The position numbers and the translations under genes were made by a program. The notes under the pieces are model-generated. The model searched no databases. It was not told the origin of the DNA and worked only from the letters and a program-made list of their open reading frames with translations. A stretch of 64,000 bases of DNA from Dehalococcoidia bacterium. GTDB lineage: Bacteria; Chloroflexota; Dehalococcoidia; UBA6926. The DNA is taken from positions 21,180 to 85,179 of the forward strand of contig JBJKVP010000008.1 of NCBI GenBank assembly GCA_045562535.1, given 5' to 3'. This document shows positions 48,251 through 57,870 of the stretch, in pieces; position 1 is the first letter of the stretch; each line of letters opens with the position of its first letter.

Positions 48251-49381
48251 TTATTCAGGGTCAATTTTCTCCATCTCTTCAATCAACGCTGTAAGAAACT
48301 CGGACTCTGGAACCACTTTTACCTTTTGGCCTTTTCTAAATATGATGCCTCGACCAACTCCTGCAGCTATACCGATATCAGCATCTTTAGCTTCACCTGG
48401 CCCATTAACCTCGCACCCCATAACAGCTACTTTAATTGGTTTATCAAATTTTTTCAGGGCTTCATCGACCATATTTGCATACTTAACAATATCCACATCG
48501 GCCCTCCCACATGAGGGGCATGCAACTAGAGTCACTCCTTTATTACGTAGATTCAGTGATTTAAGTATCTCGTAACCCGCTTCTACTTCTAAAACTGGAT
48601 CACCTGCCAAAGACACCCTAATAGTATCCCCAATTCCCATGGCCAGCAAAGTACCAAGACCTACTGCGCTTCTTATAGAGCCATTTAACGGGGTACCAGC
48701 CTCCGTTATGCCCAAATGCAATGGATAATCAACTGCATCGGATAATCTCGTATAAGCGTCCACAGTCATCGGAACATCAAATCCTTTGACTGATATTTTT
48801 ATCTGGTCAAAATCCATGTCTTCTAATATGGCAATTTCCCAAAGAGCTGTGTTGACCATATGATCTACAACACTATAATCAACATCGGTTTGTTTACTAT
48901 CTTTTGCAAGTTTATTAACTCCATCTGCAAGTCTATGGAAGTCGCCTGTTTTTCCTATTCCGCCAATGGGTGGTAAACTTCCAAAATTAACACCAATCCT
49001 TATAGGTATTGATCGTAACTTTGCAGCTGCCACTACCTCGCGAACTTTATCTGCATCTCTAATATTTCCTGGATTTAAACGTAACCCATCAACACCACTT
49101 TCAATTGATTTTAGCGCCAAATTATGGTGAAAGTGGATATCCGCAACAAGAGGTATATTGATTTTTTTCTTTATCTCAGCTAATGCCTCTGCTGCTGCTA
49201 GGTCTGGAACAGCACAACGAATAATCTCGCAGCCAGCGTCTTGCAATTCTTTTATTTGTAAAACTGTACTGTCGACGTCTCTGGTATCAGTCTTAGTCAT
49301 CGACTGAACTGAAACAGGCGCGTCACCGCCAATAACGGTACCGCCCATTGTGATCTGTTTCGTTAATCTTCGCTCGAACAT
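48251..49381 (-). CDS. ispG: 4-hydroxy-3-methylbut-2-en-1-yl diphosphate synthase
   Basis: VQSMT, RINPGN-like LNPGN and CPSCGR / GCEVNGPGE cluster motifs. Confidence 0.95.
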   Translation of the reverse strand: MFERRLTKQITMGGTVIGGDAPVSVQSMTKTDTRDVDSTVLQIKELQDAGCEIIRCAVPDLAAAEALAEIKKKINIPLVADIHFHHNLALKSIESGVDGLRLNPGNIRDADKVREVVAAAKLRSIPIRIGVNFGSLPPIGGIGKTGDFHRLADGVNKLAKDSKQTDVDYSVVDHMVNTALWEIAILEDMDFDQIKISVKGFDVPMTVDAYTRLSDAVDYPLHLGITEAGTPLNGSIRSAVGLGTLLAMGIGDTIRVSLAGDPVLEVEAGYEILKSLNLRNKGVTLVACPSCGRADVDIVKYANMVDEALKKFDKPIKVAVMGCEVNGPGEAKDADIGIAAGVGRGIIFRKGQKVKVVPESEFLTALIEEMEKIDPE

Positions 49382-49465
49382 ATTCTATTGCTATATTCTA
49401 CTAGTAAACGTAGCGATTTTACCAGCATTTAGATCTTAAAATGATTTTAGAAACCAAAGTACAAG

Positions 49466-50506
49466 TCAATCTAGTAAACGTGGAATATCGTTCCCTAGCG
49501 TTACTATAATAATCAAACTTATTAAGAAACCAAAACCTATAGCGTGCACAAGTCTTTCTCGATTCGCTGGCAAACGTTTGCCACCTCGAACAAATTCAAT
49601 AACCAAAAATGGAATCCTTCCACCATCTAATGCAGGTATAGGCAATAAATTCAATATACCCAAATTCAGGCTTAACATAGCAACCAAATAAACTAACGGT
49701 ATGAAACCCGCTTGCGCAGCTTCACCAGTAATCTGTGCGATGCCCACGGGACCTGCAATCTCAGGCGTTTTAGATCCCGATATCCAATTACCTATTTCAC
49801 GATATATCAACATAGTATTATCCCAAGCAAGCATAATTCCATAATAGGGTGACTTCCAAACATTAACCTCCTCATAGACGACGTTAAGCAGTTTAAGTTC
49901 AATCCCAATAGGGCCTTCCCCTGCAGGAGGCTCTGACCTTGGAATAACTGAAAAAGCTTTGGTTTCTAAATTTCTACTTACAACAACTATAGTGGCTTCA
50001 TCAGGTTCTAAATCAAATGCTCTCGAAAAATCATTGGGCTCGTTTAAATTCACCCCTCCTATCGAAGTTAAAATATCCCCAGGTCTCATTCCAGCGGATT
50101 CAGCAGGTGAATCAGCAGAAATAGCTTCAATAACGATTTCTGCTGATTGAATACGCTCAGTTACTGTAGCCAAAAATGAAAAAAGAATAATTGCCAAAAC
50201 AAAATTCATAGCTGGGCCTGAAAAAATCACAAGAAATCTCTGCAAAATACTTCTAGAAGCAAAACCATCCTGAATAGTCTCATCTGATTCGCCTTTTAGA
50301 CGCACGAATCCCCCAAGCGGTAGATAGTTTAATGAATAGATGATCCCTTTACTTCTTATCGCTTTCAATCTAGGAGGGAACCCTAAACCCAGTTCTTCAA
50401 CTCTAATGCCCAATATTCGAGCACAAAAATAGTGTCCTAACTCATGAACTAAAACAAGCACCGTCAACACAGATAAGAATATAACTATTGTTGGAATAAA
50501 CGACAT
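49466..50506 (-). CDS. rseP: RIP zinc metalloprotease (site-2 protease, M50 family)
   Basis: HELGH motif, PDZ domain, LNLLPIPALDGG motif. Confidence 0.9.
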   Translation of the reverse strand: MSFIPTIVIFLSVLTVLVLVHELGHYFCARILGIRVEELGLGFPPRLKAIRSKGIIYSLNYLPLGGFVRLKGESDETIQDGFASRSILQRFLVIFSGPAMNFVLAIILFSFLATVTERIQSAEIVIEAISADSPAESAGMRPGDILTSIGGVNLNEPNDFSRAFDLEPDEATIVVVSRNLETKAFSVIPRSEPPAGEGPIGIELKLLNVVYEEVNVWKSPYYGIMLAWDNTMLIYREIGNWISGSKTPEIAGPVGIAQITGEAAQAGFIPLVYLVAMLSLNLGILNLLPIPALDGGRIPFLVIEFVRGGKRLPANRERLVHAIGFGFLISLIIIVTLGNDIPRLLD

Positions 50507-51676
50507 TTATTTGTTGTTCCTTACATAATTTTTTCTAATTTCGTTTCTAGCCCAGGCATCAGCTTCTAAAATATCTTCAAGAGATGGTTTAGAAATTGGA
50601 CGATGTTTTTCCAGAGTCGCTCTGATTAGATCCGGTATGCCAGAAAATGGGACGTCTCCTCCCAAAAAGAGTCTGACAGCTTCTTCATCGGCTGCGTTAA
50701 GAACCGCAGGGTAGGTTTGTTTCGCCTTTCCGGCTTCTAACCCAATGTTAAAACAGGGAAAAACCTCTTCATCCAAAGCCTCAAAAGTAAGCGAAGGCAT
50801 CTCATGAATTTCTTTTGAAGGGAAGCTAGGGGATCGAGGAATCCTATTGGGGTACCCCAACGCATATTGGATCGGCAGGCGCATATCTGGCATGGATAAC
50901 TGGGCTTTAAGGGTACCATCGATAAATTCCACCATCGAATGAATAATACTTTCTGGATGCACTAGGACGTCTATATCTGAATATTCGATACCAAAAAGCC
51001 AATGAGCTTCGATTACTTCAAAAGCTTTGTTCATAAGAGTAGCAGAATCTATCGTCACTTTAGAGCCCATTTTCCATGTCGGATGATTCAACGCAAGTTC
51101 AGGCGTAACACCTAAAATCGATGAAGCATTCATTCCTCTAAAAGGTCCTCCAGACGCTGTAAGAATGAGCTTGCTTAACCTTTTACCGAGTGGATCCTCA
51201 CCGCGAAGACTTTGCCATATAGCACTATGCTCGCTATCAAGGGGGAGTAGTCTATCAAATGGAAAACTTATTGGGGGTTTAATAATATCTCCTGCTACAA
51301 CCAATACCTCTTTGCTAGCCAGTGCAACTGTTTTATTATGATGTAGGGCAGTTAATGTCGGTTGTAAAGCTGCTAAACCTGGGATCGCTATTACAACAAT
51401 ATCAACATCGGAATCAGAAACAATTGAATCTATATCAACCATTTCTAGTTCAAAATCATAATTTGAAAGTCCAATAGATCCTTGGGATAGGCTCACGCTG
51501 CGTGGTCGGAATTCATGCACTTGAGAAATGAAAAGTTCCGACATCTTCCTAGCAGCAAGACCGGTTATTGAAAACATCTCTGGATTATCTCTAACTATAG
51601 CTAAAGTTTGGGTCCCTATCGATCCAGTTGAACCGAGTATGGCGATATTTTTTTTTATACCCACAATAGTACCCAA
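50507..51676 (-). CDS. dxr: 1-deoxy-D-xylulose-5-phosphate reductoisomerase (canonical copy)
   Basis: GSTGSIG, LDSEHSAIWQ, ASGGPF, HPTWKMG, NKAFEVIEA and HPES motifs are all intact. Confidence 0.95.
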   Translation of the reverse strand: MGTIVGIKKNIAILGSTGSIGTQTLAIVRDNPEMFSITGLAARKMSELFISQVHEFRPRSVSLSQGSIGLSNYDFELEMVDIDSIVSDSDVDIVVIAIPGLAALQPTLTALHHNKTVALASKEVLVVAGDIIKPPISFPFDRLLPLDSEHSAIWQSLRGEDPLGKRLSKLILTASGGPFRGMNASSILGVTPELALNHPTWKMGSKVTIDSATLMNKAFEVIEAHWLFGIEYSDIDVLVHPESIIHSMVEFIDGTLKAQLSMPDMRLPIQYALGYPNRIPRSPSFPSKEIHEMPSLTFEALDEEVFPCFNIGLEAGKAKQTYPAVLNAADEEAVRLFLGGDVPFSGIPDLIRATLEKHRPISKPSLEDILEADAWARNEIRKNYVRNNK

Positions 51677-52476
51677 TAATAAACAGTGGGAAGAACAATA
51701 ACAATTGAATCAATTCGATCTAAAAACCCTCCATGTCCCGGTAATAACTTACTCGAGTCTTTTGATTTCATTCTCCGCTTAAAGTAAGATTCAGCAAAAT
51801 CTCCTATTTGGCCAAAAACAGTGATTATACAAGCCATCACTATTACAACAAATATATCAATGTTTAGATCGAAAATCATATCTAAAATACCAACAGTGAT
51901 AAAACAGATAATGGTACCAAAAAAAGCTCCTTCCCATGTTTTATTTGGGCTTATTACTGGAGCCATTTTATTTTTCCCCAAAAGATTTCCAAAAATATAG
52001 GCTCCAGTATCGAACGAGAAAACTCCGAATATTATTGTGGCCAGTAACAGTGCCCCTTGAGGTAATTGATAAATCAAAATTGCAAAAGATAGTGGTACTG
52101 AGATTAGTATTGTAGCTATAACCGTAATACTAATATTTTTGAGAAATTTATTTAGATGTACTGAATAAAAATAAATAATCAATATAGTAGTTATTAAGAC
52201 AATCACGGTCCCAAATAAAACAAAGCTTTGGATAAATGGTTGAACCTGAGACACCAAATAAATTATCGATATATTAAGCGGAACAAATAACGTCGGGAAT
52301 AATCGTGCATTCGCATGGCTAAGCATTTTACTAATCTCAAATAACGAGACGATAGCTAATAAACTTATGAATAAAAATAAAGGCAACGACCCAACAACTA
52401 GAATAACCCCAATGATCGGGATTCCTACACCAGCTACTTGAAGTCGTCGGAAAAAATTGGTATTAAACAGTTTCAT
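51655..52476 (-). CDS. cdsA: phosphatidate cytidylyltransferase
   Basis: C-terminal signature S.FKR....KDS..L.PGHGG.LDR.DS. Confidence 0.9.
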   Translation of the reverse strand: MKLFNTNFFRRLQVAGVGIPIIGVILVVGSLPLFLFISLLAIVSLFEISKMLSHANARLFPTLFVPLNISIIYLVSQVQPFIQSFVLFGTVIVLITTILIIYFYSVHLNKFLKNISITVIATILISVPLSFAILIYQLPQGALLLATIIFGVFSFDTGAYIFGNLLGKNKMAPVISPNKTWEGAFFGTIICFITVGILDMIFDLNIDIFVVIVMACIITVFGQIGDFAESYFKRRMKSKDSSKLLPGHGGFLDRIDSIVIVLPTVYYWVLLWV

Positions 52477-52497
52477 TATCCTTACTGATAAGTTTAT

Positions 52498-53202
52498 CTA
52501 TATTCTACCAAACCTTCTATCTCTAGCTTTATACTCTGAAATAGCTAGATCAACTTCATATGGGCCAAAATCTGGCCATAAAATAGGGGTGGTATAAAAT
52601 TCAGCGTAGGCCGCTTGCCATATCAAAAAATTGCTTAATCGCATTTCTCCACCTGTCCTTATTATTAGATCCGGGTCAGGCAATTCACTAGTATACAAAT
52701 TTGAACTAAACACCTCTTCTGTGATCTCTTCCGGCGACAATCCTTTTTGTATCAATAGTTGAACAGCCCGCAAAATTTCATATCTCCCACCATAGTCAAA
52801 AGCTATAGAAACGGTAATCCCATCATTATTCTTGGTTGATTGCATTGTTTCATCTATCAATTTAACAACATGAATTGGCAAATTCTCAGTTCTTCCCAAA
52901 TGGATTAATCGTATACCCTCTTCTGTCAAAAATTTAATATTCTTTGTAAGAGAGTCATATAATAATTCTATGAGTCCTTCTACTTCTTCTTCAGGGCGTG
53001 ACCAATTCTCAGTAGAAAACGTGTAGAACGTAGCATATTTTATTCCAGCATCTCTGAAGGAGATAATCACGCGCTCTATATTGTCCAAACCAGCTCTGTG
53101 GCCCTGAATACGGGGAAGCCCATTATTGGAAGCCCACCGACCATTACCATCCATAATAACTGCGACATGGGCAGGTGCTTTAGAGTTCGCCATTAACCAC
53201 AT
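52498..53202 (-). CDS. uppS: isoprenyl (undecaprenyl) diphosphate synthase
   Basis: HVAVIMDGNGRWA and RTGGE.RLSNFL.WQ motifs. Confidence 0.95.
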   Translation of the reverse strand: MWLMANSKAPAHVAVIMDGNGRWASNNGLPRIQGHRAGLDNIERVIISFRDAGIKYATFYTFSTENWSRPEEEVEGLIELLYDSLTKNIKFLTEEGIRLIHLGRTENLPIHVVKLIDETMQSTKNNDGITVSIAFDYGGRYEILRAVQLLIQKGLSPEEITEEVFSSNLYTSELPDPDLIIRTGGEMRLSNFLIWQAAYAEFYTTPILWPDFGPYEVDLAISEYKARDRRFGRI

Positions 53203-53249
53203 CTCTTAATCTATAGCTGGTTGAAATCTCGCTCTGAATAACTAGGTAA

Positions 53250-53807
53250 CTATACTTCCATTACTTCTGATTCTTTTGCAGCGCTCATACTATCAATTTC
53301 ACTAGAATACTTATCGGTTAATTTCTGAATGACGTCACCAGCTCTCTTAGCTTCATCTTCTGATATATCTTTGCCTTTAACCAACTTCTTCATCTGGTCT
53401 AACACATCTCGCCTAACATTTCTTAGTGAAACTTTTTCAGATTCCGTCTTAGATCTAACAATTTTAGCGATTTCTTTTCTACGATCCGAAGTCAAACTCG
53501 GTATAGGAAGACGAATAATATCACCATCCACTGCTGGGGATATACCTAAATCGGACTGCAAAATGGATTTTTCAATTGCCTGCACCATTGCTTTATCCCA
53601 AGGCTGGATTGTTATCAATCGTGCCTCGGGAACATTTATTGTTGCTACTTGTATAATTGGGGTAGGGGTACCGTAGTAGTCAACAGTAAGACTATCAACA
53701 AAGGAAGCATTTGCTCGACCGGTTCTAATTGAACTTAATTCTTTTTCAAGAACTGTACGGGTCTTTTGCATCCTCTTATCAGCATCATCAATTAGTAACT
53801 GTGTCAT
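53250..53807 (-). CDS. frr: ribosome recycling factor
   Basis: 185 aa, typical Frr sequence (RTGRAN, PPLTEERRKE-like PSLTSDRRKE). Confidence 0.95.
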   Translation of the reverse strand: MTQLLIDDADKRMQKTRTVLEKELSSIRTGRANASFVDSLTVDYYGTPTPIIQVATINVPEARLITIQPWDKAMVQAIEKSILQSDLGISPAVDGDIIRLPIPSLTSDRRKEIAKIVRSKTESEKVSLRNVRRDVLDQMKKLVKGKDISEDEAKRAGDVIQKLTDKYSSEIDSMSAAKESEVMEV

Positions 53808-53830
53808 AAAATATCCTTCTCATCGCTAAC

Positions 53831-54553
53831 CTACGAAACTGCTTCTCCTATATACGTACCTTGGGAGTCACCTTCAAGAATTCTATCTAAACTTCCTTCA
53901 GCAAAAAGATCGAATACAATTATAGGTAGATCATTCTCCATGCATAGCGATAGAGCTGTACTATCCATTATCCCCAATCTTTGGTTCAAGGCCTCCATAT
54001 AATTTAGTTTTTCGTATTTATTAGCGTCGTCAACAGTATTAGGATCAGCATCATATACTCCATCAACCTGGTTCTTTGCCATAAGTAAAATATCTGCTCC
54101 AACTTCTATAGCTCTGAGAGCAGATGCTGTATCGGTAGTCACATATGGATTACCTGTACCGGCCACAAATATTACAACTCGACCTTTTTCCATATGTCTA
54201 ATTGCTCTCCGCCTAATATATGGTTCCGCTACAGCTTGAATCGTAATCGCGGTTTGGATTCTGGTAGTAACATCAGCGTTTTCTAAACCATCTTGTAAAG
54301 CCAACCCATTTATAACCGTTGCCAACATCCCTGCGTAGTCTGCGGTAGCTCTATCCATTCCTGCTTCTTCAGCGGTTTTCCCTCTCCAGATATTCCCGCC
54401 ACCTACAACAACAGCGACTTCTATTTCTCTATCTCGTAGACTCCTAATTTTATTTGCAATACTTGAGACAACATCAACATCAATACCAAAGGGCCTAGAT
54501 CCCATCAAGGATTCGCCACTTATTTTGAGTAGAACTCTTTTATAAGCTAAGAT
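53831..54553 (-). CDS. pyrH: UMP kinase; start proposed at non-canonical ATC 54553
   Basis: The conserved [13 protein letters not shown] lies upstream of the listed TTG (54508). There is no ATG/GTG/TTG between the in-frame stop (54580-54578) and that motif. An AAAGGAGA SD lies 7 nt before the ATC. Confidence 0.85.
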   Translation of the reverse strand: MLAYKRVLLKISGESLMGSRPFGIDVDVVSSIANKIRSLRDREIEVAVVVGGGNIWRGKTAEEAGMDRATADYAGMLATVINGLALQDGLENADVTTRIQTAITIQAVAEPYIRRRAIRHMEKGRVVIFVAGTGNPYVTTDTASALRAIEVGADILLMAKNQVDGVYDADPNTVDDANKYEKLNYMEALNQRLGIMDSTALSLCMENDLPIIVFDLFAEGSLDRILEGDSQGTYIGEAVS

Positions 54554-54570
54554 GTCCCGGTCTCCTTTCG

Positions 54571-55077
54571 TTAGGATTTACCTAGTTCATATCTGGTAAA
54601 GCGTCTAACTAAAATATTCTCTCCTATCCGAGATACAGCTTCGGTTATCAAATCACTAATAGTTTGACTAGGGTCTTTAACGAAATCTTGATGCATTAGC
54701 CTGGTCTCTCCATCAAAGTCTTCACTACTACTATCTGTATTTTCATCATCAATAGATTGCGGGTCCATACTCGCGATCTGAAGGGCTAAGTCATGGGCAA
54801 GGCTGAGAAACTCAGGTGTTCTTGCAACGAAGTCAGTCTCGCAATTCAACTCTAATATAACTCCAATACGCCCACCGGCATGGACGTAGGTTTCTACAAC
54901 CCCTTGATTAGCACTACGAGAGGATTTTTTTTGAACTGCTGAAATACCCCATTCTTTAAGAAGAGATATAGCTCCATTCATATCACCATTAGATTCCTCG
55001 AGAGCCTTCTTGCAATCCATAACTCCCGCACCCGTTTTTGCTCTTAAATCTCTAATAATCTCAGTTGTAACAACCAC
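54571..55077 (-). CDS. tsf: translation elongation factor Ts (short form)
   Basis: N-terminal UBA-like [19 protein letters not shown]. 168 aa. Confidence 0.9.
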   Translation of the reverse strand: MVVTTEIIRDLRAKTGAGVMDCKKALEESNGDMNGAISLLKEWGISAVQKKSSRSANQGVVETYVHAGGRIGVILELNCETDFVARTPEFLSLAHDLALQIASMDPQSIDDENTDSSSEDFDGETRLMHQDFVKDPSQTISDLITEAVSRIGENILVRRFTRYELGKS

Positions 55078-55093
55078 TTATATTTATCTCCTT

Positions 55094-56035
55094 TTATTGA
55101 TCAGCTTTCTCTAAATCAGCGATTTCTGCTTCAAGTTGGGATTCAGCTGCATCTTGTTCTGTAAGGTTCGCTCCAACCAACGATGCCAATCGATTCCTCT
55201 CTTCTTCGGCATCTCTTTTCCCTTGAATAACGGACTGTGAAATAGTTTCTGTCATAAGTTTAATAGCCCTTATCGCATCGTCGTTACCTGGAATTGGGTA
55301 ATCTATCAAATCAACATTGCAGTCAGTATCAGCTATAGCAACAATGGGTATACCAAGTTTCCTAGCTTCAGCAATAGCTATTCCTTCGCGAGCCGCGTCT
55401 ATTACATACATAGCACCTGGTAATTCCTGCATATCCTTTATGCCTCCCAGTTGCCTATTTAATTTTATTATTTGCTCTTCAATTTTTCCGGACTCTTTTT
55501 TCGGTAAGTAAGCAAATTCACCACGTTCTTTACGGTCTTCCTGAAGAATAAGATACGCAATACGCTGCCTAATAGTGGAGAAATTAGTCAGAGTGCCACC
55601 CAACCATCGATGGGTCACATAGGGCATTTCTGATCGCTCAGCTTCTGATTTTATAGTGTCTTGCGCTTGCTTTTTCGTACCGACAAATAGTATTGTCTTG
55701 CCTTCTTTGCTAATAGTTTCAATAAATTCTGCTGCACGCTCTAACCGTTTTAGAGTCTTTTGCAAATCTATTATGTGAATTCCATTACGCTCAGTGAAGA
55801 CAAATGGTTTCATTTTAGGATGCCACCGCTTTGTCTGGTGTCCGAAATGTACACCCGCTTCAAGCAAAAGTTTCATAGTAACTTTTGCGGGTTCTGAAGG
55901 CTCCGGATCAGCTACTTCCTCTACAGTTGTATCTGTATTTTCTATATTCGTATCTGTATTTTCTACATTCGTATCTGCATTTTCTACAACTGCATCTACG
56001 TTTTCTTCCGTGTTTGCCTTGTTATCCTCCACCAT
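55094..56035 (-). CDS. rpsB: 30S ribosomal protein S2 with acidic N- and C-terminal extensions
   Basis: Core LLEAGVHFGHQTKRW. ATG 56035 follows AGGAAGGTG and a TGCTATAAT promoter. An alternative canonical-length start is ATG 55876. Confidence 0.9.
   Translation of the reverse strand: MVEDNKANTEENVDAVVENADTNVENTDTNIENTDTTVEEVADPEPSEPAKVTMKLLLEAGVHFGHQTKRWHPKMKPFVFTERNGIHIIDLQKTLKRLERAAEFIETISKEGKTILFVGTKKQAQDTIKSEAERSEMPYVTHRWLGGTLTNFSTIRQRIAYLILQEDRKERGEFAYLPKKESGKIEEQIIKLNRQLGGIKDMQELPGAMYVIDAAREGIAIAEARKLGIPIVAIADTDCNVDLIDYPIPGNDDAIRAIKLMTETISQSVIQGKRDAEEERNRLASLVGANLTEQDAAESQLEAEIADLEKADQ
55929..55991 (-). repeat. three tandem 21-nt repeats in the rpsB 5' region
   Basis: GTATCTGTATTTTCTA(T/C)ATTC x2, a third diverged copy and a degenerate fourth extending to about 56012. 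Encodes (E-N-x-D-T-N-V/I)n. Confidence 0.8.
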
Positions 56036-56071
56036 ATATAAGTTACACCTTCCTGAATAGTTCTTATAATT

Positions 56072-56080
56072 AATATCCGA
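56072..56080 (-). promoter_or_regulatory. extended -10 promoter element for rpsB-tsf
   Basis: Minus strand TGCTATAAT, about 40 nt upstream of ATG 56035. Confidence 0.45.
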
Positions 56081-56247
56081 TATTATAGCACGGAGAATTT
56101 GATCAGACATCGAATTTTCTATTTAAGTAACCTAAATCAACTAATACACTAATATCGGTTTGGCGCTTGACCGAGTTGATTTCCATATCTAAACTATTCA
56201 CCAGTGCAGTTAGAAAACAGATTACTTATTGGGTTTAGGAGACACTC

Positions 56248-56535
56248 TTGCCAATATACGATTACCAGTGCTCTGAATGTGAAAACCGATTTACCCTCAG
56301 ACAAGGTTTCGATGCCAGTACGATTTCTGAATGCACTAAATGTGGTGCAGATAGTACTCGTGTAATACACGCACCTCAGATAGTTTACAAAGCTGACGGA
56401 TTTTATAGCACGGAAAAAACCCGCAATGGTTTTGGAAGTTACTGGTACGACAAAGCCAAACAAGAAGATGAAGGTATCCCGCAAGAACAAAATGTGGCGG
56501 ATATGGGAGACAGCCCAACTGTTACTGACGAATAA
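56248..56535 (+). CDS. FmdB-family zinc-ribbon putative regulatory protein
   Basis: MPIYDYQCSEC...CTKCG (CxxC x2) N-terminal ribbon. Confidence 0.8.
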   Translation: MPIYDYQCSECENRFTLRQGFDASTISECTKCGADSTRVIHAPQIVYKADGFYSTEKTRNGFGSYWYDKAKQEDEGIPQEQNVADMGDSPTVTDE

Positions 56536-56567
56536 GAATATACTTAAGTAAAAGCTGAGAATAAATT

Positions 56568-56858
56568 ATGCCTTTTTATGACTACCAATGTAACGAGTGT
56601 GATCATAGGTTCACAGTACGACAGTCGTTTAACGATAAACATGAAGCGACATGCCCAAAATGTGATCGTGAAGCTCAACGAAGATTCAGTACGCCAGCGA
56701 TCGTATTCAAAGGGAGCGGCTTTTATGTCAACGATTATGGTGGCAAGTCAGCTTCTTCAAGTCGAGAAAGTGAACCCATCCCAGAAAATACACCGGACGA
56801 ATCTTCACCAGATAGTACTAAATCTGATGGCGGGCACAAGCACCCCCACGAATTCTAG
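56568..56858 (+). CDS. FmdB-family zinc-ribbon putative regulatory protein (tandem paralogue)
   Basis: MPFYDYQCNEC...CPKCD followed by FKGSGFYVNDY. Confidence 0.8.
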   Translation: MPFYDYQCNECDHRFTVRQSFNDKHEATCPKCDREAQRRFSTPAIVFKGSGFYVNDYGGKSASSSRESEPIPENTPDESSPDSTKSDGGHKHPHEF

Positions 56859-56873
56859 TTCCTTAGAGATCGT

Positions 56874-57323
56874 ATGATGCGGTTAGTTATTCAAAGAGTC
56901 ACAAAAGCTAGTGTATCCGTTAATAATGAGATAGTGAGTCAAATCGGTACCGGGATTTTAGTATTGGCTGGAATTGATCAGAATGATACTGAAGCGGACA
57001 TACTTTACGCTGCTAAGAAAGTTTCTAACTTAAAGATATTTCCAAATGAAAAGGAAGATTTTTTCAGCTCTATAATCGATTCAGGAAAGCTAGTATTAGT
57101 AATTAGTCAGTTCACATTATTAGCTAAAACATCTAAAGGCTCAAAACCTTCCTTCTCGAGGGCTGCAGATAGAGTCAAAGCAAAAAAATTATTCAGTTAC
57201 TTCCTGGAAGAGTTGGCCTCCCTGGGTATCAAAGTCGAAACTGGCGTTTTTGGGGCTCATATGCAGGTTAATTCAATCAATGATGGGCCCGTAACCTTAT
57301 TAATCGATAGTAAGAGTAAATAG
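56874..57323 (+). CDS. dtd: D-aminoacyl-tRNA deacylase
   Basis: MRLVIQRV..ASV start and SQFTL, GPVT motifs. Confidence 0.9.
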   Translation: MMRLVIQRVTKASVSVNNEIVSQIGTGILVLAGIDQNDTEADILYAAKKVSNLKIFPNEKEDFFSSIIDSGKLVLVISQFTLLAKTSKGSKPSFSRAADRVKAKKLFSYFLEELASLGIKVETGVFGAHMQVNSINDGPVTLLIDSKSK

Positions 57324-57324
57324 G

Positions 57325-57855
57325 TCAGTTTGGAACTTGCACAAAAGACATGCCAACTGAAACAAGGACCAAAGCCGCAAATATTATGATGATTAACGAT
57401 ATACCAACAAACCAAGGTATGTAGCGTTCAAACGGCAAAGGTTTATCAGGCCCATCAGAAGGACCATACATTTGCTGGACTCTCATAATTCCTCTCGCTT
57501 CCATGTCCGGGTAGTCCACAATACTAATATCTAGTTTTTCCGCTGATGTTTTTACCTTTTCCTCGATTATATAATCTGTGTAAACGTATGAGCTATTTAC
57601 CTTCAAAACTTGCATACTATCGCGAAGTTTTTTTATTTCGTTGGTGCCAAAAGTTCCATCTTTCGACCAGAAAAATACAAGCATAAAAGGGGTCCCATGT
57701 TTATCAGTGATAATCATGGTATTGCTGGCAGAGGGTGAGGCGATGTCCTGGCCAATATTATAATCTTGTTGCCGGTATAGACCAATGATTCTTGCCTGTA
57801 AAGTAAGAACAGGTACTTGGTTAAACATCGAAGTCATAATAACGGTTATCTCCAA
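57325..57855 (-). CDS. hypothetical protein: degenerate Mrr-like restriction-endonuclease fold with C-terminal TM anchor
   Basis: The pattern ..IITDKHG..FMLVFFWSK....G..EIKKLRDSM....SSYVYTD..I....K..AEKLDISIVD resembles Mrr_cat topology. Terminal hydrophobic helix. Confidence 0.3.
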   Translation of the reverse strand: MEITVIMTSMFNQVPVLTLQARIIGLYRQQDYNIGQDIASPSASNTMIITDKHGTPFMLVFFWSKDGTFGTNEIKKLRDSMQVLKVNSSYVYTDYIIEEKVKTSAEKLDISIVDYPDMEARGIMRVQQMYGPSDGPDKPLPFERYIPWFVGISLIIIIFAALVLVSVGMSFVQVPN

Positions 57856-57870
57856 TACTAGATGTACATT

